From positions 779,546-843,545 of the forward strand of contig CBDFJR010000005.1 in the NCBI GenBank assembly GCA_965248535.1: a stretch of DNA of 64,000 nt. Reading direction: 5' to 3'. Source of the stretch: Phormidesmis sp. (GTDB lineage: Bacteria > Cyanobacteriota > Cyanobacteriia > Leptolyngbyales > Leptolyngbyaceae). The position numbers were made by a program, and so were the translations under genes. Position 1 is the stretch's first letter. Every line of letters starts with the position of its first letter. The notes below the pieces were generated by a model. The model searched no databases. It saw nothing but the letters and a program-made list of their open reading frames with translations, and had not been told where the DNA came from. Shown here piece after piece: positions 1-10,396 of the stretch.

Positions 1-296
1 ACTAAAACCCAGGCGATCAGAGTGCCAAACACGCCGTTAAATAGAGCCGCCGCCAGCGATGTTGTAAAGGTCACATCATAGGTTGATAGCGCGATCGGGC
101 TAGTGGCAATTCGCCAAAAGTTAGCGGGGCTTTCGGTGCTCGCTTTGAGAAACATCGCGGCGAGGGGCAAAAACAACATCACACTCAGATAGCCGATCGT
201 GATGCGCCAAGTCCAAGGCACTTGAGCCAATCTAGTCAGCAGCGATTTCCGGGCGGGAGGCTTCTGAAGTTGATCGATTTGAGGAGAAGAAACCAT
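1..296 (-). CDS. cysT: Sulfate ABC transporter permease CysT, 5' part (runs off the left edge of the window)
   Basis: Manual translation from ATG at 296: MVSSPQIDQ...WRITIGYLSVMLFLPLAAMFLKAS...LSTYDVTFTTSLAAALFNGVFGTLIAWVL, typical CysT N-terminus; directly downstream of sbpA. Confidence 0.88.
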   Translation of the reverse strand, partial: MVSSPQIDQLQKPPARKSLLTRLAQVPWTWRITIGYLSVMLFLPLAAMFLKASTESPANFWRIATSPIALSTYDVTFTTSLAAALFNGVFGTLIAWVL

Positions 297-392
297 CGGC
301 GTAGTAAGCAAGTGAGATGAACGGTTTAAAGGGACAGTTCTTAAGAACCGCCCCAATTTTTTAAACCTCGGAGGTTTGAACCAGATCGGGCG

Positions 393-1527
393 TTATTTAA
401 TCGTTGCCTCGATTTGATCAAAGACTCCGCCGTCTTCAAAAAACTTCTTCTGGAAATCGTCCCAGCCCCCATAGTCTTTGATGGTGCCCAGAGTTTTCAC
501 CGCCGGGAATTTGTCTGTGTTTTCTTTCTGACTGGCGATCGCTGGATCAATGGGTCGATAGCCCAACTTGACAAACTCTTGCTGCGCCTCTGGCGTGAAC
601 AGGAACTTGACAAACCCTTCGGCGGCTTCGCGTGTGCCGTGCTTATCGACATTTTTATCGACCACCGCCACCGGAGTGTCGATCGAGATATTCACATCCG
701 GCACGGTATAAACCAGCTTTTCGCCTTTGTTTTTGGCGAGAATAATCTCGTTTTCGTAGTTAATCAATGCGTCGCCTTGACCTTGCTTAGAAAACGCGTC
801 TGTTGCTTCACGCGCATCTTTAGTCAGCACGGCCACATTTTTAAAAGCTTTTGTGGCAAAGTCTTTGGCTTTGGCTTCATCTGCGCCTGATTTGAGCGAC
901 GCATTCCACAACGCTAAAAAGTTCCATCGAGCCACGCCAGAGGTTTTGGGGTTTGCCGTCACCCACTTGACATCTTCTCTGGCTAAATCGTTGAAGCTCT
1001 TGATATTTTTAGGATTACCTTCGCGGGTGGTGATTGCCGCGACCGTTTTAGCCACGATGCCATTATTGGGCACTTTCGTATCCCAGCCTTCGTTGACTAG
1101 CCCGGCTTTGACTAGTTTGTTGGTGTCGCCAGCTAGGGCTAAATGCACGATATCGGCTTCTAGACCGTCGATCACGGCGCGAGTTTGAGTGCCCGATCCG
1201 CCATAGCTTTGCTTAAAGGTGACCGTCTGACCGCCATGATCTTTTTTCCACTGCTCAACAAATTTAGGAATGATCGCGTCGTGAGCCGTTTTAGGAATGG
1301 CATAGCCGACGAGGGTGAGTTCGACATCTCTCTGGTTTTGAGCCACAGGGCTACCTCCAGGACTGGTGGCCGTGGAGTTAGTTGTCCGCCCCGTTTGAGC
1401 AAGCTGCGATCGCCACACTCAGCGCCATCCCCACCATAAAAAGCGATGCAAAGCGCCGAATCGAATCAAATTTAACCTGACGGGCCAGATGTCTCCACCC
1501 TGCTAAAGCCCCTTGTCGAACCCCCAT
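393..1527 (-). pseudogene. sbpA: Sulfate ABC transporter substrate-binding lipoprotein SbpA, split by a +1 frameshift just after the lipobox (real or sequencing error)
   Basis: ORF 393..1418 has Sbp motifs (QSYGGSGTQTRAVIDGLEADIV, NPKTSGVARWNFL) but no signal peptide. The leader MGVRQ...SLFMVGMALSVAIAACS lies in another frame (ATG 1527, GGAG upstream) that stops at 1378. Span 1135 bp = 3n+1; C4 run at 1389-1392. Confidence 0.85.
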
Positions 1528-1833
1528 GATCGTGATCTCCCTTAATCTACAGTTCGTTGATCGGAATTTAGTACTTATCCTCTGACTGTTGATCCTAGCG
1601 GGAGAACGCCCAAAAAACAAGTAGAAAGTCCTTATTTTTGGTCGGGAAAGTGGGGATTAAAAAAAGGCGCGTTGATCGAGGTTCTAAACCGTGAATTTTA
1701 CAGGCTGAATTCTGGATTTTGAATAACCTTCCTAAAGGAGTTGCGCGATCGCTGATAAATTCAGTCTAGTAGTCAGAGAGCTTGTGGGCAAACCCCTGCT
1801 GTTGCTGATCGTCGCCCTACCCAAGGAACCTAA

Positions 1834-3759
1834 ATGACCAGACCCGCTCACCTGAGTCAATCGCATCGCAGAAAGTTTACGCGTTGGTTATTAAACGACG
1901 ATCGCAGCCATAAAGGGCGGCCGCCGCAACATGCTTGGTGGCAAGTGATGTGTCTAACAGGAGTCGATTATTTTTCGACCCTAGGCTATCAGCCAGGAAT
2001 CGCAGCGTTAGCGGCTGGCTCTTTGTCTCCGATCGCGACCCTGATTTTAGTGCTGTTGACGTTGTTTGGCGCGTTGCCGATCTATCGGCGCGTTGCTGAA
2101 AAAAGCCCCCATGGGGAGGGGTCGATCGCCATGCTTGAACATCTGCTGCCGTGGTGGCAAGGCAAGCTGTTTGTCTTGTGTCTGTTGGGGTTTGTGGCTA
2201 CTGACTTTATTATTACGATTACGCTTTCAGCCGCCGACGCGACAGCGCATATTCTCGAAAATTCTTTAACGCCTGCTATTCTTCACGGTCAGGAGATCGC
2301 GATCACACTGCTGCTAGTGGCGCTGCTAGGAGCCGTGTTTTTAAGAGGATTTCGAGAAGCGATCGGGCTTGCTGTTTCGTTAGTCGGCGTTTATTTGGTG
2401 TTGAATCTGGTCACCATCAGCGTTGGTCTCTACCAAATTTTGCAACACCCGATCGTGCTTTCAAACTGGCAAACCGCCCTCTTTGCCGAGCACGGAAATC
2501 CGTTTGCGATGATCGGGGTGGCGCTGCTGCTGTTCCCCCGGCTGGCGCTGGGTTTGTCAGGGTTTGAGACGGGCGTGGTGGTGATGCCGCTGGTCAAAGG
2601 GCATCCGAGCGACACCGAAGCGCAGCCTAAAGGCCGCATTCAAAACACTCATAAGCTGCTGACGATCGCGGCGCTGATTATGAGCTTTTTTCTGCTCACC
2701 AGCAGTCTGGTGACGACTTTGCTGATTCCGGCGGCAGAGTTTCAAACGGGCGGCAAAGCGAGTGGGCGGGCGCTGGCTTATCTGGCTCACCAATATTTAG
2801 GTGATGGATTTGGCACGGTTTATGACTTGAGCACGATCGCGATTTTATGGTTTGCAGGAGCCTCAGCAATGGCAGGGTTGCTCAACATTGTGCCGCGCTA
2901 TCTGCCGCGCTATGGCATGGCTCCTAATTGGGCACGGGCGACTCGTCCATTAGTGCTGGTTTATACGGCGATCGCGTTTGTGATCACGATCCTGTTTCGA
3001 GCCAATGTCGAGGCCCAGGGCGGAGCCTATGCGACCGGAGTTTTGGTTTTAATCAGTTCAGCCGCGTTTGCGGTGACATTATTGGCCCGCCATCGGCGAT
3101 CGCGGCGCGGCGTGATCACGTCTGGTCTCATTACCATTGTGTTTTTATACACCACAGTGGTAAATATCATTGAGCGACCCGAAGGGATTCGCATTGCCGC
3201 TTTTTTCATCAGTGCAATCATTCTTACGTCTCTGATTTCGCGAGTTTGGCGATCGACCGAGTTGCGAATCGAGAACATTGAGTTAGATGAAACGGCTCGG
3301 CGCTTTATTGCCGAAGAGAGTCAACACACGATTCGGCTGATTGCTAATCGCTTAAATGCAGGCGACGAGCGAGAATATTTCTTAAAAGAGAAAGAGGTTC
3401 GTGAAGATAATCACATTCCCGAAACCGATCCGATTCTGTTTTTAGAGGTGCAGGTGTCTGACGCGTCGGACTTTGGTGGCACCCTTCACGTCAGCGGCGT
3501 TCAGGTCGATCGCTACCGAATTTTGCGGATGAAAAGCGCGGCGGTTCCGAATGCGATCGCGGCTATTTTACTAGATCTCCGCGATCAGACCGACCAGTTG
3601 CCACACATCTATTTTGGGTGGGCAGAGGGCAATCCGATTCAGTATTTGCTGCGGTTTATTTTATTTGGCGAGGGTGACATTCCCGTGGTGACCCGCGAAG
3701 TGTTGCGACTGGCTGAAAAGAACCCCGATCGTCGTCCCACTATTCATGTGGGCGGTTAA
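1834..3759 (+). CDS. APC-superfamily permease (amino acid/cation transporter) with soluble C-terminal domain
   Basis: 641 aa, many TM segments, [10 protein letters not shown] in TM1 and GLSGFETG in TM6 as in APC/YdaO-like permeases. Confidence 0.75.
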   Translation: MTRPAHLSQSHRRKFTRWLLNDDRSHKGRPPQHAWWQVMCLTGVDYFSTLGYQPGIAALAAGSLSPIATLILVLLTLFGALPIYRRVAEKSPHGEGSIAMLEHLLPWWQGKLFVLCLLGFVATDFIITITLSAADATAHILENSLTPAILHGQEIAITLLLVALLGAVFLRGFREAIGLAVSLVGVYLVLNLVTISVGLYQILQHPIVLSNWQTALFAEHGNPFAMIGVALLLFPRLALGLSGFETGVVVMPLVKGHPSDTEAQPKGRIQNTHKLLTIAALIMSFFLLTSSLVTTLLIPAAEFQTGGKASGRALAYLAHQYLGDGFGTVYDLSTIAILWFAGASAMAGLLNIVPRYLPRYGMAPNWARATRPLVLVYTAIAFVITILFRANVEAQGGAYATGVLVLISSAAFAVTLLARHRRSRRGVITSGLITIVFLYTTVVNIIERPEGIRIAAFFISAIILTSLISRVWRSTELRIENIELDETARRFIAEESQHTIRLIANRLNAGDEREYFLKEKEVREDNHIPETDPILFLEVQVSDASDFGGTLHVSGVQVDRYRILRMKSAAVPNAIAAILLDLRDQTDQLPHIYFGWAEGNPIQYLLRFILFGEGDIPVVTREVLRLAEKNPDRRPTIHVGG

Positions 3760-3900
3760 GGAGATAATCAATTCTGTTGGTTAGTGATATCGATTTTGGG
3801 CACGACAATGCTATGCCCATATACCAAAAGCTATTACACATAGCCGATTTAGCTCTGATAGAATGCTATTGTTCATACCGTTGTCTACAGGAATTCAATA

Positions 3901-4698
3901 ATGGCTCGAAGACGTGTTTGGATTTTTCTCGCTGCGATTCTAGCTACGTTCTCGATCGCAACTAGCTGCGATTTTAGAAAATCTGATTCTAGCGTTACTC
4001 CATCTCAAACAAATTTGATTGTTTCGGCTGCTGTCAGCCTTAAAGATGCCCTAGACGAAATCAAGCGATCGTATCAGCAAAAAGCCTCTACAACCAGCCT
4101 GACCTATAATCTGGGCGCATCGGGCGCATTGATGCAGCAGATTCAAAACGGGGCCCCGGCTGATGTCTTTATTTCGGCAGCAAAGAAGCAAATGGACATT
4201 CTAGAGAAGGGGGGAGAGTTGCTGCCCAACACCCGCCGCGATTTGGTCAAAAATCAGTTGGTTTTGATTGTGCCTAAGGGATCGCAAAAAGCGACGAGTT
4301 TCGCCAGTTTAAGCGATGGGGCGATCCAGCGAGTGGCGATCGGAGAGCCGCGCAGCGTGCCAGCCGGACAGTATGCCGAGCAGGTTTTGCAGAAGCTCAA
4401 GATCTACGACGCATTAAAACCTAAATTTGTTTATGCCAATACAGTCCGGCAAGTGTTAGCAGCCGTCGAAAGCGGCAGCGCCGATGCAGGAATCGTCTAT
4501 CTGACGGACGCAAATTCGTCTCAGCAGGTCACGGTAGCGGCGATCGCGGCTGAAACCGATCATGCCCCGATCGTGTACCCGATCGCGGTGCTCAAAAACA
4601 GCAAAAATCCGCAGGCGGCCAAAGAATTTGTGCAATTTTTAGAGAGCGATTCAGGAAAGTCGATATTTAAAAAGTATGGGTTTATTGTTCCTAATTAA
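3901..4698 (+). CDS. modA: Molybdate ABC transporter substrate-binding protein
   Basis: Lipoprotein leader (ATSC), SAAVSLKDAL, GASGALMQQIQNGAPADVFISA, VPAGQYA motifs. Confidence 0.95.
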   Translation: MARRRVWIFLAAILATFSIATSCDFRKSDSSVTPSQTNLIVSAAVSLKDALDEIKRSYQQKASTTSLTYNLGASGALMQQIQNGAPADVFISAAKKQMDILEKGGELLPNTRRDLVKNQLVLIVPKGSQKATSFASLSDGAIQRVAIGEPRSVPAGQYAEQVLQKLKIYDALKPKFVYANTVRQVLAAVESGSADAGIVYLTDANSSQQVTVAAIAAETDHAPIVYPIAVLKNSKNPQAAKEFVQFLESDSGKSIFKKYGFIVPN

Positions 4699-4710
4699 AG
4701 TCCCGCAATA

Positions 4711-6519
4711 ATGCCCTCTGATCTATCTCCATTCTGGATCTCGCTCAAGACGGCTGCGGTTTCAACGGTGGTCACCTTTGTTATAGGCATTGCTGTAGCC
4801 TATTGGATGCTCAACTATCGCGGCAAAGGCAAAATCGTTTTAGAAGGACTTCTGATTTCGCCGTTGATTCTTCCGCCGACCGTCGTTGGATTCATTTTAC
4901 TATTACTATTGGGTAAAAATGGCGTAATCGGAAAGCTGCTGATTCCGCTTAACACTAGCGTTGTGTTTAGCTGGTCTGGAGCGGTCATTGCAGCGATCGT
5001 CGTCTCATTCCCCTTAATGTATCGCACCGCATTAGGCGCATTTGAACAAATTGATGCTAATTTTTTGCATGTTGCTCGCACCTTGGGCGCATCAGAATGG
5101 ACGGTTTTTCGGCGCATTCTTCTGCCCTTATCGCTTCCGGGCATTCTTGCCGGAACTCTGCTAACGTTTGCGCGGGCCTTGGGAGAATTTGGGGCAACGC
5201 TGATGCTGGCAGGCAACATTCCTGGTGAAACGCAGACGATGCCGATGGCGATCTATTTTGCGGTCGAAGCGAGTGCGACGGGTGAAGCCACTTTTTGGAC
5301 GATCGTGATTCTCTGCCTCTCGCTGTCGGGGCTTTTTGCCGTCAATGTTTATCAACACTCCAGACCACGATCGCGAATAAAGAGCCACAATCGGGCTATT
5401 TTCGCGTCCCTTTCTGCCGCTTCACCCGACTTATCTGCTGCCTCATCTGCCCTCTGGGTCACCCTTCAAAAGCCGCTTTCTGACTTTGATCTCACCGTGT
5501 CTTTTAGCGCCAATCAAGCCCCGATCGGTGTTTTGGGCGGCTCAGGAGCAGGCAAAACGATGCTGTTGCGCTGCATTGCCGGAGTCGAGACCCCCACACA
5601 GGGGCAAATCGTGCTCAATGGGCGGGTGTTGTTCGACTCAAAACGCGGCATTAATCTGCCGAGCCGCGATCGTCGAGTCGGGTTTGTGGTGCAAAACTAT
5701 GCCCTGTTTCCGCACATGACCATAGCGCAAAATATTGCCTTTGGGTTACCAAAATCGCTCGACGCAGGGCAGCAAGTTCACCAGCAGTTAGCCGCCCTAC
5801 ACCTGCAAGGATTGAGCGATCGCTATCCCCATCAACTGTCAGGCGGGCAACAGCAGCGAGTTGCCTTAGCTAGAGCGTTAGCCAGTCAGCCAGAGGCTTT
5901 GCTGCTAGACGAACCGTTTTCAGCCCTCGACACATGTTTGCGAAGTCAGATAGAGCAGCAGATGATCACCCGATTAGCCACCTATCCAGGGGTGACACTG
6001 CTGGTGACTCACAATTTAGAAGAAGTCTACCGGGTCTGCCCAAATTTGCTGGTGCTCGATCGGGGGCAAGCCGTCGCCCAAGGAGCGAAACACTTGATCT
6101 TTGATCGTCCCGAAACCTATACCGTGGCGCAACTGACGGGATGCAAAAATTTTGCCCGTGCGATCGCCATTTCTGCCACCCAAGTAGAGGCGATCGAGTG
6201 GGGAATTCGACTCACGATCGCGGCCCCGATTCCTCAATCACTCGCTTATATTGGCATTCGTGCCCATCAAATCACGTTTCTAGACCCCGCCACCCGCTTT
6301 GATCGAGGCCCTAATCACTTTGACTGCTGGCTAGTCAAAACGAGCGAAACGCCGCATCGCATGACCGTGTTTCTCAAATTCAATGCGCCGCCAACTCATG
6401 CAGAAGATTATCACCTACAAGCAGAAGTCTTTAAAGAAGCCTGGCTGGTTGTAGAGCAGCGATCGCTGCCGTGGTCTGTCAAATTAGACCGATCGCGACT
6501 GATTTTGATGACCGCTTAA
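4711..6519 (+). CDS. modBC: Fused molybdate ABC permease/ATPase ModBC
   Basis: N-terminal permease (LILPPTVVG, FARALGEFGAT), then ABC domain (GGSGAGKT, LSGGQQQRVALARAL, LLLDEPF). Confidence 0.93.
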   Translation: MPSDLSPFWISLKTAAVSTVVTFVIGIAVAYWMLNYRGKGKIVLEGLLISPLILPPTVVGFILLLLLGKNGVIGKLLIPLNTSVVFSWSGAVIAAIVVSFPLMYRTALGAFEQIDANFLHVARTLGASEWTVFRRILLPLSLPGILAGTLLTFARALGEFGATLMLAGNIPGETQTMPMAIYFAVEASATGEATFWTIVILCLSLSGLFAVNVYQHSRPRSRIKSHNRAIFASLSAASPDLSAASSALWVTLQKPLSDFDLTVSFSANQAPIGVLGGSGAGKTMLLRCIAGVETPTQGQIVLNGRVLFDSKRGINLPSRDRRVGFVVQNYALFPHMTIAQNIAFGLPKSLDAGQQVHQQLAALHLQGLSDRYPHQLSGGQQQRVALARALASQPEALLLDEPFSALDTCLRSQIEQQMITRLATYPGVTLLVTHNLEEVYRVCPNLLVLDRGQAVAQGAKHLIFDRPETYTVAQLTGCKNFARAIAISATQVEAIEWGIRLTIAAPIPQSLAYIGIRAHQITFLDPATRFDRGPNHFDCWLVKTSETPHRMTVFLKFNAPPTHAEDYHLQAEVFKEAWLVVEQRSLPWSVKLDRSRLILMTA

Positions 6520-6543
6520 AACCTCAATGTCTTTTATAGGGGT

Positions 6544-9000
6544 TTATCTGATACGAACTCTTTGAGAAATTTGAGTCCTTAGCTTAATCTGGTTGTACAA
6601 ATCGACTTCAGGATTTGAGTGACTGATAGACACAACTAATGCATATCTTTGCATATCGATTTCTCCTTGCTTCGCCCATTTTCGGGCACAACTGAGAACA
6701 AGATACATAGGCTGATCGAATCCTTTAGCTTGAGGAGAGATCTTAATTTTCCCTTGTTGGAGACATCCTTTTTTCCTCAAGTTGCTTCCGGGGAAAAGAT
6801 CTACAGAAATTCCTTTACCAGGATGCATCTTCCTCAATTCCTCTAAAGAGATTTCTGTAAACTCCTCTGTTGGAGCCTCTTTGCTAGCCTTAACAAAAGC
6901 ATTAATAATGCTCTCTTTATCAATATTTTTGAAAAGGTTGAATTCCATCGTGATTCCAAGGTAGGAGTCTCCTCGTGTTGGACGAGTGGGCGGATCAAAC
7001 GAAAGTGTAATTGATAATGTTCGAGTACCCTTGGTCTTCAGATATTCATTTGGAAGCGGGGGAATCTCAAATATCTGGAAGCTTCCCACAGGAATTTGTA
7101 CATCGTCTTCCAGAAGGACTACATAATTTTCAGCAGAGTATTTCGCTCGGAATAAGTCGGGCTGACCATATCCATAGATTTGTAACTGCTTCTGTAATTG
7201 CTTCTTGTCTTTGTCATTTTTTGCCTGGAAAACACGAGGAATTTCATTAGGCAAATTAGCTGAGTTTATAATTAATGCTCTAACCAAGTTTGAGGTTGCA
7301 TTTGGGAACTGAGTGAAGAGCTGGGCTGCCATATTAGCCACACGGGGAGCTGCAAAACTAGTCCCGCAATATGCACGAAACATTGATTTTGCATTATCTT
7401 TGGCAAGTGTCAGAATCGAAGCACCTGGTTCATTCGTGATTACACGGCTTCCATCAACAACTAAATCACCACCAAAATCCACAAGGTCAGGTTTAATCAT
7501 GCCATCGACACCAAATCCGCTCCTTGTAAACGGAGAAGGATATCCCTGAACCCGTGCAACTACACTTCTTTTGGCATCCTCAGTGTACTGAAGACTGCCA
7601 GACCCCAGCGAAAGTGAGCCAACTGTGAGAGCAATTGCCGAAGTAGCTGGTTCAATAATTCGTGCTTCTTCATTGAGCAAATAGTTTGGATAGTCGGTTC
7701 GCAACTGCTCCCCTGAACCTGCTTCGTAAGGCAAGTTACCTGCGGAAATAACGAATACCAAGTTCTTATGCTGGAATTCATAGGCAATTTCATCAATTTT
7801 TGCAGCAAGACGAAACTGCTTTTGCCCATCTCTAAACGCTAATCGAGGGTCTCCCAGAGAAATATTGATGACCTTGCAGTTTCCATAATTTTGCGTGAAA
7901 TATTGAATCGCATCATCCAATTGATTCTCTAGCAATGAATCTGGGTCGTACTCATTATTATGATCAGTAACACGAGCCGAGAAAAGCCAAGCTGTTGGTT
8001 GAAATAATCGATTTTTGACGCTTTGACTGATATCTCCATAGATTGCGATTCCCGATACGCCTGTGCCGTGACCACCTGTTTTCTCATCTCCATCATCGGA
8101 ACCTCCTGTAATAAATTCTCTAGCTGAATCTGGGAAAATCTCCGCTTCTCCCAGAGCAGGAGCAATCAGAGGATGTCCTTGGCGTACCCCGGAATCAATG
8201 ACTAGAATTCCACAGTTTTGCTCAGGAGGAGGATTAACTTCTGGCAAATCAGACAGTGGAATGTTGTACTCAGCAGGAGTCTCGAAGTTGGGTTTGGCTC
8301 TGCGGTCAATCTCCTTGACGAATTCCTCTTCTAGTAAGAGGTTGAGAACTTCTTGCACAATCTTAATCCTGGCTATGCAGAGGTATTCTCCTACGTAGCG
8401 ATCGCTAATCCTCATGGCAGAATTATCTGACCAATTTCTCAAGACCTGATCCAGGTCATCCAGGTACTTATTCATTTCAGCCCTGTCGCCCGTGTGCCAT
8501 AACTCTAAGTCAAGTGCAGCAAGCTCACTCGTCTGGATGGGTTCTAGTTCTAGTAGGCATCCAATTCGATCCGAAGGTTCTAGTGGCACCAACCCTTCAA
8601 TTGCATCTAAGTAACCGTATTCATATTCAGAGTCACTGATGCCACTATAGGCTTTTAAACGTGATCGGAATTGAGTCAGTTCTTTATCCGAAGTGAAAAC
8701 AACAATGGCTTTATTCGCCTTTGGTTCTTTGGCAAGTAGCGTTAATCCGAGTGGTGAGAGCGCACTCTCTTGCAACGTGCCGTCCGAACTCAGCTTAATT
8801 TTGAAGATGAGTTTTGGGTTTAGGTGAAACGGTGAAGTTTTTTGCTTGGAGCGTTGAGTCAATCCTGAAACCTGATCTAGCAGTTGTTGACCATGACTAC
8901 CGCGATCACTTCTGCGAGAGCCAAAGCCGCCACCACCTCTGCTACGTCGTGGTAGCTCGATACTGGTTCTCGGCAACTCTAGGTGCTCAAACTGACTCAC
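6544..9000 (-). CDS. ietS: S8 subtilase-family serine protease, IetS-like
   Basis: Catalytic triad motifs VIDSGV (Asp), GHGTGVSG (His), GTSFAAP (Ser); overlaps the upstream AAA ATPase by 14 bp. Confidence 0.82.
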   Translation of the reverse strand: MSQFEHLELPRTSIELPRRSRGGGGFGSRRSDRGSHGQQLLDQVSGLTQRSKQKTSPFHLNPKLIFKIKLSSDGTLQESALSPLGLTLLAKEPKANKAIVVFTSDKELTQFRSRLKAYSGISDSEYEYGYLDAIEGLVPLEPSDRIGCLLELEPIQTSELAALDLELWHTGDRAEMNKYLDDLDQVLRNWSDNSAMRISDRYVGEYLCIARIKIVQEVLNLLLEEEFVKEIDRRAKPNFETPAEYNIPLSDLPEVNPPPEQNCGILVIDSGVRQGHPLIAPALGEAEIFPDSAREFITGGSDDGDEKTGGHGTGVSGIAIYGDISQSVKNRLFQPTAWLFSARVTDHNNEYDPDSLLENQLDDAIQYFTQNYGNCKVINISLGDPRLAFRDGQKQFRLAAKIDEIAYEFQHKNLVFVISAGNLPYEAGSGEQLRTDYPNYLLNEEARIIEPATSAIALTVGSLSLGSGSLQYTEDAKRSVVARVQGYPSPFTRSGFGVDGMIKPDLVDFGGDLVVDGSRVITNEPGASILTLAKDNAKSMFRAYCGTSFAAPRVANMAAQLFTQFPNATSNLVRALIINSANLPNEIPRVFQAKNDKDKKQLQKQLQIYGYGQPDLFRAKYSAENYVVLLEDDVQIPVGSFQIFEIPPLPNEYLKTKGTRTLSITLSFDPPTRPTRGDSYLGITMEFNLFKNIDKESIINAFVKASKEAPTEEFTEISLEELRKMHPGKGISVDLFPGSNLRKKGCLQQGKIKISPQAKGFDQPMYLVLSCARKWAKQGEIDMQRYALVVSISHSNPEVDLYNQIKLRTQISQRVRIR

Positions 9001-10024
9001 AATTTTCTGCCTCTACGGACTTTTCCGAATTCGCTATTATACGGTTTCTCTCTAAATAACGCTCTACAGCAGTTTTTAAGTCAGCATGAGTAAGCTCTCG
9101 ATCACCGCGAAGAATAACAGTCTTAATTGTATCAATACAAATCCGTTCAATATCTGCACCAGTTGCCTTTTCTAAATCAGCAGCAAAATTTTCAAGATTA
9201 ATACTAGAATGTCGAATTCTGGAAAGATAGCGTTCCAAAAGTGCTGTTCGGAGTTTCAGGTTGGGCTTCCCAAAGAAAAGAACCTCGTCAAATCTTCTCC
9301 AAACGGCACTATCTAGCAGGGATTCATGATTCGTCGCTGCAATGAATAAGCTGTTACTGCTTGAGGTGTCGATGAGTTGAAGTAGACTGTTGACAAGTCG
9401 CTTAACCTCACCATGTTCATTAAGCGTGTTGCGATCTCTAGCGATCGCATCAAACTCGTCAAACAAAACAACCCACTCACCCTTTTCAACATAGTCGAAA
9501 ATTTTCTTTAGATTAGTTGCTGTTTCTCCTAGATAAGATGAAAACACTGCTGTTAGATTGACATAGACTAGCGGTATTCCTAGAACCCCAGAAAGTACTT
9601 TGGCGGTCAATGTCTTGCCACAGCCCGGGGGGCCGCAAAATAAAAGTTTTGATTTGGGTCGCAACCCATAAGCTTCTAAAACTTCTTGCTTTCGGTTTTC
9701 TAACGTCACGCGCTGCAAAATTGCCAAGTTATTCTGATTTAGAACGACATCATCCCAAGTTAAATCAAATGGCTTGATATCAATGAGCGATAATCCTGTC
9801 TCTCTGTCTTTCGGAACTTCAGGATAATTCTTGTAGAGAGTATTACTGGCAGGTAGGGCTTTAGAATGACCATTTTGCAGAATTCTTTCTAAATCTTTGG
9901 CAAGTAGATTATGGTTCTTACTCTTCTCTTCTTGAATTAGTTCCATAGCCGCAGCATAAAATCCCTCTCTCTCGTTGCGAGAGAAGCTTTGGAAAAGCTT
10001 TCTTATGATTTCTCCCCTCGCCAT
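8987..10024 (-). CDS. ietA: AAA+ ATPase, IetA-like
   Basis: Walker A GPPGCGKT, Walker B VVLFDEFD, sensor/Arg-finger AATNHESLLDSAVWRRFD; coupled to a subtilase gene. Confidence 0.85.
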   Translation of the reverse strand: MARGEIIRKLFQSFSRNEREGFYAAAMELIQEEKSKNHNLLAKDLERILQNGHSKALPASNTLYKNYPEVPKDRETGLSLIDIKPFDLTWDDVVLNQNNLAILQRVTLENRKQEVLEAYGLRPKSKLLFCGPPGCGKTLTAKVLSGVLGIPLVYVNLTAVFSSYLGETATNLKKIFDYVEKGEWVVLFDEFDAIARDRNTLNEHGEVKRLVNSLLQLIDTSSSNSLFIAATNHESLLDSAVWRRFDEVLFFGKPNLKLRTALLERYLSRIRHSSINLENFAADLEKATGADIERICIDTIKTVILRGDRELTHADLKTAVERYLERNRIIANSEKSVEAENCESV

Positions 10025-10396
10025 ATTCTGAAGCTGCGCTCGACTTTATTCAGCGCCTATAATGAGTACATTAGCACTATAGATATCATACCATCCTGAG
10101 ATTACGGGTTGGGAAATCTCGATCAGGCTAGCACTAAAATGCCGACCTATAGCTTTTCTTTAGCTGTTTTTTAGGGATAGCATGATAATCACTCGTGGTT
10201 TTCACAATTTCGATTTTGCTGTAGTAAAACGGTATTTGACTCCCGTCTACGCTAATTATGTATGCGATCGCATCTCAGGAAAATCCTTAAAAAGAATTTG
10301 AGGCTAAAGAGACGGATTCTCTGATCGTCACCCCATAGAATTTTTAAGGCAAAGATTGCACACTAGAAGATGATAGACATTCTAGGATTTTGCATC

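Noticed and set aside
1620-1833. c-di-AMP (ydaO) riboswitch upstream of the YdaO-like permease
   Set aside because: Conserved riboswitch segments (GCTGAA...GGGGGA...CCCGAACCCGTCAG) were not found by eye
4711-6519. ModB-ModC fusion as a novelty
   Set aside because: This fusion is known in cyanobacteria
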